This document shows positions 1-8,932 of a stretch of 39,573 bases of DNA, piece after piece. Position numbers and translations under genes: made by a program. Source of the stretch: Paracoccaceae bacterium (GTDB lineage Bacteria > Pseudomonadota > Alphaproteobacteria > Rhodobacterales > Rhodobacteraceae). Under the pieces are notes generated by a model, which saw nothing but the letters and a program-made list of their open reading frames with translations, did not search any database and was not told the DNA's origin. Location of the stretch: contig PARX01000056.1 of NCBI GenBank assembly GCA_002712045.1, positions 1 through 39,573 of the forward strand. The letters are read 5' to 3'. The first letter of the stretch is position 1. The number at the start of each line of letters is the position of its first letter.

Positions 1-1
1 A

Positions 2-1015
2 ACATTAAAAACAAAAATTGAATCCGTGCTCTCTTCAGGGTTTTTAGATTCACCGCTATTAAAAAATAATATCAAAGTATCTAGTGGAAATTTTATAACT
101 GCTCGACCTATAGGGGTTATTGATGGCACTGATATGGAGTTTACTGGCCAAATCAGAAAAATTGATTCTGAAGCAATATTTAACAAATTAACTAATAAAG
201 AAATTGTTGTTATTTCGCCGCTTGGATATTCACCAATTGGAGATGTATTTAATTTATCTTACGAACAAACGGCAGCTCATATTGCTCAATCAGTTAAAGC
301 TGAAAAATTAATTTATTATGTAAATTCAAGTGGTATCTTAAATATACATGGAGAATTAATTCCAGAATTAACATTTAACAAAGCTAAGCGATTAATTGAA
401 CATATTGAGAATCCCAAAAATGCCCCCTTTATTTCCTATAATGATTTTAATATCCTCAAAAGTAGCTTGTATGCAATTAATAATAAAATTGAGAAAGTAC
501 ACTTAATAAATAGAAATATCGATGGATCCATAATTGAGGAAATTTTTACAGACAAAGGTTCAGGAACAATTCTTACGGAATATTCTCTCGAGAATATAAG
601 AAGTGCCAGAGAAGTAGATATAAATCAAATTAGAAATATTATTAGTCCATTAGAAAAAAAAGGGATACTTGCTGATAGAGTGCACAAGGATATAAGTTCA
701 TTTTATGTCATTGAGCACGACCATAATATAATTGGAACTGTTGCGCTATACCAATATTCTAATTTACTTGAAGTGGCATGCTTTGCAATTCATGATAAAT
801 ATCAAAATCTTGGTTACGGAAAAAAGTTACTGAAATTTTGTGAGAAAAAAGCTTTAGAATTAAATATAAAAGAATTATTTATTCTAACTACGCAATCTGA
901 ACATTGGTTTATTGAAAATAATTTTAAGTTAACAGATAAAAAATTTATGCCTAATGCAAGAAAAAAAATCTATGCCGCTGAACGAAACTCAAAATACTTT
1001 ACCAAAGGGCTATAA
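2..1015 (+). CDS. argA: N-acetylglutamate synthase ArgA, C-terminal ~338 codons (5' end is outside the window)
   Basis: The frame is open from nt 2 to the window edge. It aligns along its length with E. coli ArgA (VSSGNFITARPIGVIDG... kinase-like domain, then a GNAT domain with the QNLGYGKKLL acetyl-CoA motif). TAA stop at 1013-1015. Confidence 0.9.
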   Translation, partial: TLKTKIESVLSSGFLDSPLLKNNIKVSSGNFITARPIGVIDGTDMEFTGQIRKIDSEAIFNKLTNKEIVVISPLGYSPIGDVFNLSYEQTAAHIAQSVKAEKLIYYVNSSGILNIHGELIPELTFNKAKRLIEHIENPKNAPFISYNDFNILKSSLYAINNKIEKVHLINRNIDGSIIEEIFTDKGSGTILTEYSLENIRSAREVDINQIRNIISPLEKKGILADRVHKDISSFYVIEHDHNIIGTVALYQYSNLLEVACFAIHDKYQNLGYGKKLLKFCEKKALELNIKELFILTTQSEHWFIENNFKLTDKKFMPNARKKIYAAERNSKYFTKGL

Positions 1016-1018
1016 AAA

Positions 1019-1876
1019 ATGACTCCAAATGAAAAATCAAAAGTACTAAGTGAAGCATTACCATACATAAAAGAATTTTTTGGGAAAACAATAATTATTA
1101 AATTTGGAGGTAATGCAATGATTGATAAGCGTTTAAAACAATCATTTGCTAAAGATCTAGTGTTGTTAAAATTAGTTGGAATGAATCCAGTTGTCATTCA
1201 TGGTGGTGGACCCCAAATTAACGAATCATTAGCCAAATCAGGTGAAAAACCTATTTTTCAAGAAGGTATTAGAGTTACAAATAAAAAAACATTAGAAATA
1301 GTTATTAATGTCTTAAATGAAGTCAATCAACAAATTATAGATCTTGTAAGAGACAATGGAGGAGATGCTAAAAGCTATAGAAATGAGAAAACTTTAAGCA
1401 TTATTCAAGCTAAAAAATTAGAAGCTAAAGAAAAATCTAACGATCTTGGTTATGTTGGAGAAATAATAGGTATTGATTCATCATTTATGAAACATCTAAA
1501 AGAAGATGGAATAATACCAATTATTGCACCGATAGGAATAGATGGTAATAACAAAACTTACAATATCAACGCTGATGTTGTAGCTTCAAAATTTGCAGAA
1601 ATTTTAACTGCTGAAAAATTAGTACTGATGACAAATACAACAGGTGTTTTAGATAAAAATAAAAAACTAATAACGGGATTAGTTCCAAATGAAATTGAAA
1701 AGCTTATAAGTGATGGGACTATCTCAGATGGTATGCTCCCTAAAATTAATTCTGCTGTTCATGCTGCTAAACATAAAGTAAACTCTGTTCATATTATCGA
1801 TGGGAGAGTTGAACATGCATTATTGCTAGAAATCTTAACTGATCAAGGTGTTGGAACACTTATTAAGGACGAGTAA
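1019..1876 (+). CDS. argB: acetylglutamate kinase
   Basis: 285 aa. N-terminal KFGGNAM amino-acid-kinase motif, with HGGGPQI and NINAD motifs. Starts 3 nt after the argA stop. Confidence 0.93.
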   Translation: MTPNEKSKVLSEALPYIKEFFGKTIIIKFGGNAMIDKRLKQSFAKDLVLLKLVGMNPVVIHGGGPQINESLAKSGEKPIFQEGIRVTNKKTLEIVINVLNEVNQQIIDLVRDNGGDAKSYRNEKTLSIIQAKKLEAKEKSNDLGYVGEIIGIDSSFMKHLKEDGIIPIIAPIGIDGNNKTYNINADVVASKFAEILTAEKLVLMTNTTGVLDKNKKLITGLVPNEIEKLISDGTISDGMLPKINSAVHAAKHKVNSVHIIDGRVEHALLLEILTDQGVGTLIKDE

Positions 1877-1877
1877 T

Positions 1878-2495
1878 TTGGAACATACATGGATATTTGA
1901 TCTTGATAATACATTACATAATGCAGAACAAAAAATATTTCCCGTAATTAATCAAAAAATCAATCATTATATTAGTAAGGAATTAAAAATTAATCTTGAT
2001 GATGCTGATCAATTAAGACAAAAATATTGGGATCAATATGGAGCTACTTTAGAGGGCCTAATTAAATATCACAAAATAAATCCAAATAAATTTTTAGAAG
2101 AAACGCATAAAGTTGATAATCTTGAGGAACTAGTTGTACCTATGCCAAACTTAAAAAATACATTAGATTCAATAAAAGCTCCAAAAATTCTTTATACAAA
2201 TGCCCCTAATAATTATACTAAAACGATACTTAAAAAATGTGATATTGAAGATTACTTTGATAGTATCTTTAGTATAGAAGATGCAAATTTTAAACCAAAG
2301 CCAAGCAAAATTTCAATGGAGCTTTTTCTCAATAAATATAAAATTAAAAAAGCTTATTTTGTTGATGATATAAAAGAAAATCTTGAAACAGCTCATAAAT
2401 TTGGATTATTTACAATATGGCTTTCTAATCATAAAGAAGATCCAAAATTTATTGATAAAAAAATTTCTCAATTAAGTGATTTAATTACTGACTAA
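1878..2495 (+). CDS. HAD-superfamily pyrimidine 5'-nucleotidase-like hydrolase
   Basis: WIFDLDNTLH DxDxT motif at the N-terminus, followed by QYGATLEGL, which is typical of the pyrimidine 5'-nucleotidase subfamily. The likely start is TTG at 1878, just after the argB stop; the ORF-track start at 1848 overlaps argB. Confidence 0.8.
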   Translation: MEHTWIFDLDNTLHNAEQKIFPVINQKINHYISKELKINLDDADQLRQKYWDQYGATLEGLIKYHKINPNKFLEETHKVDNLEELVVPMPNLKNTLDSIKAPKILYTNAPNNYTKTILKKCDIEDYFDSIFSIEDANFKPKPSKISMELFLNKYKIKKAYFVDDIKENLETAHKFGLFTIWLSNHKEDPKFIDKKISQLSDLITD

Positions 2496-3668
2496 TTTTT
2501 TAAGAATAGCGAGTCTTTCTTGGTAAATTAACTCTTTAATTTTTTCCACAGATTTTAATGGGTCTGTTGTACTTCTTATTAGGCTTAATTCTTTCTTGAA
2601 CGATAAAATTAAATTCTTCACTAATTCAATCTTTTTAATTACATTCTTCTTATATGCTAAATTTTCTTCACGCTCTATTGAATGGCTTGATGGGATTGGT
2701 TTGGAGCGTGCTAATATCAAGAAGATGAGCATATCTAAAATTTCCATAGTAATATCAGGACGTCTAAAAAAATCTAATCGATATAAGCAATCTAATTTAT
2801 TTTCTAAAGAAAGAGATAAAAAATTTTCAAGATTTATAGCTTCAGACTTAATACTTTTAAAAAGATTTTTGGCATTTCTTGATAATCTAAAAAAATCTAA
2901 ATAATATTCGTTGTTACTTTCTATTTCTATATCTAAAAGTGAAGGAAGAACCAAAATCATTAAAAATTTAGATTCAGCCTTAATGGAATTAGAGGTATTT
3001 CTAAGGGCTTTTAACAAAGCATGAAAAGGAATACTTGAATAATTAAATTCTGGAAAAATTTCTTTTAAAACACCGCTGGTTTCAAAAGATAAAAACATTT
3101 TATCGGAATGTTTTTCTTCTAAGCCTTTTAATATCTCAGAATAGATTCTTTCAACTGATAAGGACTTAATTTCACCACTGGATACTATTTTTTTTATTAA
3201 CTTTTCAGTGTCTTGGTGAATTTCAAAATCTTTAAATCTTGCATAAAATCTCGCTACTCGAAAAACCCTTAATGGATCTTCACAAAAAGCGTTACTTACG
3301 TGTTTAATTATTTTATTTTTAATGTCATTTACGCCATTAAAAGGATCATAAATTTTTCCATCTTCATCCTCAGCTATTGCATTTATGGTGATATCCCTTC
3401 TTTTTAAGTCTTCTTCCAGGGTAACGGCGGGAGAAGTGAAAAATTTAAAACCGTGGTAACCTTTACCTACTTTTTTTTCTGTTCTTGCAAGAGCATATTC
3501 TTCATTAGTTTTAGGATGTAAGAAAACTGGAAAGTCTTTTCCAATTGGCTTGAAACCTAACTTAATCATTTCTTCAGGGGTACTTCCAACGACAACATAA
3601 TCTCTATCTTTGCTAGAGATACCCATAAGTTTGTCGCGCACTGCCCCTCCTACAAGATAAATATTCAT
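2481..3668 (-). CDS. cca: tRNA nucleotidyltransferase (CCA-adding enzyme), class II
   Basis: The N-terminal half (MNIYLVGGAVRDKLMG...DRDYVVVG...DFPVFLHP...EYALARTE...DLKRRDITINA...EDPLRVFRVARF) is colinear with E. coli Cca. The C-terminal half is divergent. The 3' end overlaps the convergent HAD gene by 15 nt. Confidence 0.9.
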   Translation of the reverse strand: MNIYLVGGAVRDKLMGISSKDRDYVVVGSTPEEMIKLGFKPIGKDFPVFLHPKTNEEYALARTEKKVGKGYHGFKFFTSPAVTLEEDLKRRDITINAIAEDEDGKIYDPFNGVNDIKNKIIKHVSNAFCEDPLRVFRVARFYARFKDFEIHQDTEKLIKKIVSSGEIKSLSVERIYSEILKGLEEKHSDKMFLSFETSGVLKEIFPEFNYSSIPFHALLKALRNTSNSIKAESKFLMILVLPSLLDIEIESNNEYYLDFFRLSRNAKNLFKSIKSEAINLENFLSLSLENKLDCLYRLDFFRRPDITMEILDMLIFLILARSKPIPSSHSIEREENLAYKKNVIKKIELVKNLILSFKKELSLIRSTTDPLKSVEKIKELIYQERLAILKKLVSN

Positions 3669-4558
3669 AGTTTTTTATAGTTATTTAAATATGTAGTCAA
3701 TTCTTTAAGAGAAGATTTAAAATGGTATGAATGGTTTACTTTAACAGTATTGCTAATTTCCATAGATTTCAAATTATCTGTAGTTATTAGTTTAACTGGT
3801 GATAATTGTAGTAAGCTAACAAATAAATAAGACATAGTTTTATTTAGTCCAATAACAATATTTTTCTTTTTATCACAAATAGATATTAGTTTAATAATTT
3901 CTAAAAATGTTAATTTTTTTGGACCTCCAAGATTAAACACTTTTTTATATGTTTTATTATTTTCAATACTCTTAGTAATTATATCCACTAAATCTTCAAC
4001 ATAGATTGGTTGAAACTCAGCTTTAGGAGAAACTAAAAATATTATTGGTAAAAATTTAATCATTTTTTTAAATAAATTTATAAATTTATCTTGCGGTCCA
4101 AATACAATAGATGGTCTAAATATGGTCCAATTAAAGCTCTTAAAATCTTTTTTTATTAAAATCTCTGTTTTGTATTTAGAATTTAAATATTTACTTTCAG
4201 ATGTTTTATTTGCACCTATTGCACTTAAATGAATTAATCTTTTTATATTTTTTTTTAAAGCATACTTTATTAAACTTGATACAAAATTTTCATGTGCCAT
4301 TGAAAATTTTAAATTTCTACTCTCATGGAGAATACCAACTAAGTTAATTATTATATTTGATCCCTCAAGATCATCTGAAAAATCTTTTTTTGGCGAGTAT
4401 TCAATTACTTTAACCCTTGGATAAAACTTCGAGTAATTTATTTTATTTTTTTTTCTTGTAAAAATTCTAATTTCAAAAGGTTTTTTTACTAATTCTTTAA
4501 CTAATTCGGTTCCAATAAATCCAGCACCGCCAAATATTGAAATAACCTTCGTTACCAT
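3665..4558 (-). CDS. NAD(P)-binding atypical SDR, complex I NDUFA9-like / epimerase family protein
   Basis: N-terminal Rossmann motif FGGAGFIGTELV and an S-x-Y-xxx-K-like SKYLNSKYKTE motif. 297 aa. Its TGA stop overlaps the cca ATG (ATGA). Confidence 0.7.
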   Translation of the reverse strand: MVTKVISIFGGAGFIGTELVKELVKKPFEIRIFTRKKNKINYSKFYPRVKVIEYSPKKDFSDDLEGSNIIINLVGILHESRNLKFSMAHENFVSSLIKYALKKNIKRLIHLSAIGANKTSESKYLNSKYKTEILIKKDFKSFNWTIFRPSIVFGPQDKFINLFKKMIKFLPIIFLVSPKAEFQPIYVEDLVDIITKSIENNKTYKKVFNLGGPKKLTFLEIIKLISICDKKKNIVIGLNKTMSYLFVSLLQLSPVKLITTDNLKSMEISNTVKVNHSYHFKSSLKELTTYLNNYKKL

Positions 4559-4737
4559 ATATGTAAATAGCGTAAAGTAAAATAGACTATTGCAATTAAT
4601 AAAATGATTGAAATTAAATAATTAATTGCTGTTTTTGCTAAATATAAATATTTTTTATTTTTGGTGAAAAAATAACAAGCTGTCACAACAGAAAAAAATA
4701 TAACCAGCAAGAAAATACTTAATTTAATAAATATCAT
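4552..4737 (-). CDS. small (61 aa) predicted two-helix membrane protein, function unknown
   Basis: Two hydrophobic stretches (IFIKLSIFLLVIFFSVVTACYFF and INYLISIILLIAIVYFTL) separated by a basic loop. It has an ATGA overlap with the lpxC stop and a 7-nt overlap with the downstream SDR start. I recognised no homology. Confidence 0.5.
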   Translation of the reverse strand: MIFIKLSIFLLVIFFSVVTACYFFTKNKKYLYLAKTAINYLISIILLIAIVYFTLRYLHIW

Positions 4738-5684
4738 TGTATTTTTTCTAAATAATTCTTCCTAAAATTATTTTTTTCTTTTATATAATTAGTTGCTAAA
4801 GAAGCTTTTTCTTTATCCTCAAGATCTAATAACTCTATTGCCCATTTTGTCTTATTTTCAAGCATTAATCTAAGCAATTTATTATTAAGCTCATGGCCTG
4901 ATTTATATGCTGTAAATTTTCCAATAATTGGCATTCCAATCATATATAAATCTCCAATTGCATCTAGAATTTTATGGCGAACAAATTCATCTGAATACCT
5001 TAAACCTTCTTCATTTAAGATTTTATATTCATCCAAAACAATAGCATCATCTAAAGAACCTCCTCTAGCTAATCCATTAGCTCGAAGATATTCAACTTCT
5101 TGCATAAATCCAAATGTTCTTGCCCTACTAATAAAATTAACATAAGAATCTTTAAAAAAATCTATTTCAACTCTATTATTTTCTTCTTTAAAAGCTGGAT
5201 GCGGAAAATCAATTGTAAAATCGACTAAAAATCCATTATAAGGTTCGAATTTAGCATATTTATCTTCTTCTTGAACTTTTATTTCTTCTTTAATAACAGC
5301 AAATCTTTTTGGTTTTAATTGCTCATAAATTACTGCAGAATTTATTAAATAAACAAATGGGATAGAGCTTCCATCCATAATAGGTATTTCAGAACCGTCA
5401 ACTTCAATTAATATATTATCAATGCCAGAAGCAGAAAGGGCTGACATTAGATGTTCAATAGTTGAAATTTTTGTTTTTCCCTTACCAATTGTAGATGATA
5501 ATCGAGTTTCTTTTATGGCTTTTGGTTCTACCTGAATCTCTATTGGTAAATCAAGATCAGTTCTTTTAAATATTATCCCACTATCTTCTTTAGCGGGCTT
5601 TAATGTTATTCGAGTCTTTTTCCCTGAATGAAGGCCTACCCCTACTGCACTGACTTCGTTTTTAATTGATCTTTGAAAAATCAT
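4734..5684 (-). CDS. lpxC: UDP-3-O-acyl-N-acetylglucosamine deacetylase
   Basis: 316 aa. The opening MIFQRSIKNEVSAVGVGLHSGKK, plus TIEHLMSAL and HKILDAIGDL motifs, are typical of LpxC. The ATG directly abuts the ftsZ TAG stop (TAGATG). Confidence 0.95.
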   Translation of the reverse strand: MIFQRSIKNEVSAVGVGLHSGKKTRITLKPAKEDSGIIFKRTDLDLPIEIQVEPKAIKETRLSSTIGKGKTKISTIEHLMSALSASGIDNILIEVDGSEIPIMDGSSIPFVYLINSAVIYEQLKPKRFAVIKEEIKVQEEDKYAKFEPYNGFLVDFTIDFPHPAFKEENNRVEIDFFKDSYVNFISRARTFGFMQEVEYLRANGLARGGSLDDAIVLDEYKILNEEGLRYSDEFVRHKILDAIGDLYMIGMPIIGKFTAYKSGHELNNKLLRLMLENKTKWAIELLDLEDKEKASLATNYIKEKNNFRKNYLEKIQ

Positions 5685-6908
5685 CTAATTTTTTCTTCTC
5701 ATAAATGAAGGAATATCATACTCTTCCTCAGTTGACATTCTCAGTTTATCAAGATCATCACCTTCAGGTGAATTATTTCCAAACACATTAGGGCTTTCTT
5801 TCTTATTTTCTTCAATATTTTCATGATCCTCTAAGTTTATTTTTTCATTTTCATTTTCATTTTCATTTTCATCAGCGTCATAAACAAATTCTCTCATAAC
5901 ATCATTATTATTTTGACTTGAATCTTTAGCTAAATTTAATTTTTCTTCTTCTTTTAAGTAGGACAAACCTGTAGCAACCATAGTAACTCTTATATCGTTA
6001 CCCATTGAATCATCTATTACATTTCCAACAATTACATGAGCATTCTCTGCAGCATATTGTTTAATTGTATTCATAACTTCAAAATATTCCTTCATTTTAA
6101 AATCACTACTTGCAGAAATATTTACTAACATTCATTTCGCATTATTGAGATTAACATCTTCTAATAATGGACATGCAACTACTTGTTTTGTAGCATTTGA
6201 TGCCCTGTCTGAACCTTCTGCTGTTCCTGAGCCAATCATTGCCATACCCATTTCACTCATAACAGTTTTAACATCAGCAAAATCTACATTAATCAATCCT
6301 GGATTATTGATAATTTCAACAATACCTGAAACTGCACTGTACAAAACATCATTTGCAGCTCCGAATGCATCTACAAAAGTTACATCAGGGCCAAGGACGC
6401 CCATTAATTTTTCATTTGGTATAGTAATAAGTGAGTCAACATGATTTACAAGTTCATCAATTCCATCATTTGCAATTTGAACCCTTCTTCCTTCAAAATT
6501 AAATGGTTTTGTAACAACAGCTACAGTTAAAATACCTAACTCTTTAGCAATTTGTGCTATTACAGGAGTAGCTCCAGTACCTGTACCACCTCCCATTCCA
6601 GCAGCAAGAAAAAGCATATCAGCCCCTTCAAGAGATTCAATTATCTTATCTTTATCGTCTAATGCAGCTTGTTTACCTTTATCTGGTCTTGCTCCAGCAC
6701 CAAGTCCTTGAGTTAAAATTTCTCCGATTTGTACAATTGTGCTTGCTTGACTTTTTTTTAATGATTGTAAATCAGTATTTGCGCATATAAATTCAACTCC
6801 CATTACATTCTTTTTAATCATGTAATCAACAGCATTGCCTCCGCAACCACCAACACCCATAACTTTAATAATGGCTTTTTGCTTTTTACCTTCTATGACT
6901 TCAAACAT
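5685..6908 (-). pseudogene. ftsZ: cell division GTPase FtsZ, interrupted as sequenced by one in-frame TGA (6132-6134); could also be an error or a recoding/reinitiation site
   Basis: ORFs 6132..6920 and 5685..6131 are contiguous and in the same frame. Joined, they give a 407-residue reading frame (counting from MFEV, TGA codon excluded). It has [29 protein letters not shown], a variable linker and the C-terminal DIPSFMRRK peptide. The likely start is the ATG at 6906-6908 (MFEV..., as in E. coli MFEP...). Confidence 0.85.
5842..5871 (-). repeat. hexanucleotide tandem repeat (TTTTCA on +, TGAAAA on -) x5, encoding (Glu-Asn)n in the FtsZ linker
   Basis: Five perfect consecutive 6-nt units were read directly. 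They translate to DENENENENEK in the disordered linker of FtsZ. Confidence 0.9.
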
Positions 6909-6926
6909 AATCAATCTCACATCGCA

Positions 6927-8189
6927 TTAAAAGTTTCCTTTGAACCAATTTTTTGCTCTTTTTAAAATTTCACTCACTGAATTTCCAGTACCTGATTTGT
7001 ATTCACTCTTTTCTACATCACTTTTACCCATAATTAATAAACCTACTCCAGTTGCATATCTTGGGTTCTCTACAACCTGTAAAAGTCCATCAATATTTCT
7101 TGGTATACCAATTCTAACAGGCATATTAAATATTTTCTCCCCTAACTCAACCATACCTTTTAACATAGAAGATCCCCCAGTAATTACAATCCCTGAAGCA
7201 ATTGTACTTCCCATTCGACTTCTATTAATTTCATTTTGTACTTTTTCAAAAAGCTCCTCTATTCTTGGCTCTATAACTTGAGCCAAAGCCTGAGTTGTTA
7301 TTCTTTTAGGTGCTTGACCATGAACAAGAGGTATCTCAATAATTTCATTAGTAGATGACAAACTTGGCATAGCAGACTCATATGTTTCTTTAATATCTGA
7401 TGCAGATTGGGTTGGAGTTTGAAAGGCAATTGCAATATCATTGGTTATTTGATCACCAGCAACAGGAATTACAGAAGTATGTTGAAATGCTCCATTTTTA
7501 ATTACAGCAATATCAGTGGTTCCTCCTCCAATATCAATTAGACACACACCTAATTCTTTTTCATCTTGAGTTAAAACAGCTTCACTTGAAGCTAAAGGCT
7601 GAAAAACCAAATCAATAACCTCCAAGCCACATCTTCTTATACATTTAATAATATTCTGACGTGCAGCAATTGAACCAGAGATCATATGAACTTTAACATT
7701 AAGTTTCATTCCGCTCATCTCTAATGGCTCTTTAATATCTTGTTGATCATCAATGATATATTCTTGAGGTAGTGTATGTAGAACTTCTTGATCAGTTGGT
7801 AGATTAATTGCTTCAGCTGTTTCTCTAACTCGATCGATATCCATTTGCGTTACTTCTTCATCTTTAATTTTTACCATACCATGAGAATTCAAACTTTTAA
7901 TATGACTTCCTGCAATTCCAGTATATACCTCGGTTATTTTACAATCTGCCATTAATTCTGCTTCTTCAACAGCTCTCTGTATTGCCTGCATTGTGTTATC
8001 AATATTAACAACAACACCTTTTTTTAGGCCTTTTGATACATGTTGGCCCTTACCAATAATTTTTAAAACACCATCAGATTGTAACTCAGCAACAATTACA
8101 ACTACCTTTGATGTTCCTATATCAAGAGCAGAAATTCTTGTATTTTGGTCTTTTTTACTTTTCATTATTGGTGGAATAACGTTATTCAT
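6927..8189 (-). CDS. ftsA: cell division protein FtsA
   Basis: 420 aa actin-like ATPase with ALDIGTSKVVVIV, DIGGGTTDIAV and VITGGSS motifs. Confidence 0.95.
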   Translation of the reverse strand: MNNVIPPIMKSKKDQNTRISALDIGTSKVVVIVAELQSDGVLKIIGKGQHVSKGLKKGVVVNIDNTMQAIQRAVEEAELMADCKITEVYTGIAGSHIKSLNSHGMVKIKDEEVTQMDIDRVRETAEAINLPTDQEVLHTLPQEYIIDDQQDIKEPLEMSGMKLNVKVHMISGSIAARQNIIKCIRRCGLEVIDLVFQPLASSEAVLTQDEKELGVCLIDIGGGTTDIAVIKNGAFQHTSVIPVAGDQITNDIAIAFQTPTQSASDIKETYESAMPSLSSTNEIIEIPLVHGQAPKRITTQALAQVIEPRIEELFEKVQNEINRSRMGSTIASGIVITGGSSMLKGMVELGEKIFNMPVRIGIPRNIDGLLQVVENPRYATGVGLLIMGKSDVEKSEYKSGTGNSVSEILKRAKNWFKGNF

Positions 8190-8932
8190 AATGCAGTCTT
8201 TTTTTGTTTATTTATCTTATTTAATTTTTCATTAAGTTTTTTTACTGCAAATCCATCCTTATATCTAAGATCTATATACTCGATTTGACTTTTCAATTCT
8301 GATAAAACATGATGATAATTTTCCATTAAGATATTTAATTTATTAACAATAATATTATTTTTTTCCTTGCCTAAAAAAATTCTCATATAATTGTTTGTAT
8401 AAATTTCCCATGATAATCTTTTCGATAATGAGATTGTACCAATTTGCATCGACTCTTTCTCAAGAATTTTATTTATTTGATTATATTTTACTGTCATTTC
8501 TTCAACAAACTCCTCTGGGCCAACAAATAATGGTAAATCATCTTCATATGCAGCATGAAATATTTCTCCAAAATTGTTAACAAGCCCACGATTTTTCCAT
8601 CTTGCAATTGGTTTATGTGATTCAATTTCTACCAATAAGCCAAAATTATTCCAATCTCTTCGAATACTTACGTCCCTTATCCAAGGTAATTTTTTAAAAG
8701 CTTGTCTTGTAGATTCAAGATTGATTCCAAAAAAATTCTCATTTATAAACTTGTTTTTAATCAAGTTAATTTGTCTTTTATTTATATTTTCATATTCCCC
8801 CTTTATACCTATTTGAGTTATTGGAAAATTAGAACTTGTCATTAATTGATAACTTAAAAATATTAAAGTTAAAAAAATGAATATATAAACAGTAGTTGTA
8901 ACTTTTCTTATTGTGCTTTCCTTTTTAAGCAT
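8186..8932 (-). CDS. ftsQ: cell division protein FtsQ
   Basis: 248 aa with an N-terminal TM helix followed by POTRA-like IKGEYENINKRQI...LPWIRDVSIRRDWN. Sits between ddl and ftsA, and its stop makes an ATGA overlap with ftsA. Confidence 0.88.
   Translation of the reverse strand: MLKKESTIRKVTTTVYIFIFLTLIFLSYQLMTSSNFPITQIGIKGEYENINKRQINLIKNKFINENFFGINLESTRQAFKKLPWIRDVSIRRDWNNFGLLVEIESHKPIARWKNRGLVNNFGEIFHAAYEDDLPLFVGPEEFVEEMTVKYNQINKILEKESMQIGTISLSKRLSWEIYTNNYMRIFLGKEKNNIIVNKLNILMENYHHVLSELKSQIEYIDLRYKDGFAVKKLNEKLNKINKQKKTAL

Noticed and set aside
5685-6920. Genome-wide reassignment of UGA (to Gly as in code 25, or to Trp as in code 4) as the explanation for the ftsZ TGA
   Set aside because: TGA ends at least 10 other genes in this window at the expected protein C-termini, mostly in ATGA/GTGA stop-start overlaps. 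The other in-frame stops are TAA, so a single reassignment cannot explain them.
6145-7281. Long antisense ORFs opposite ftsZ and ftsA (6145..6444 and 6940..7281). Similar ones lie opposite cca (2596..2904), ftsW (13333..13599 and 13624..13914), murC, murD, mraY, ftsI and others.
   Set aside because: Each is fully embedded antisense in a strongly conserved gene. They have low-complexity, hydrophobic translations and no start context. They are typical shadow ORFs.
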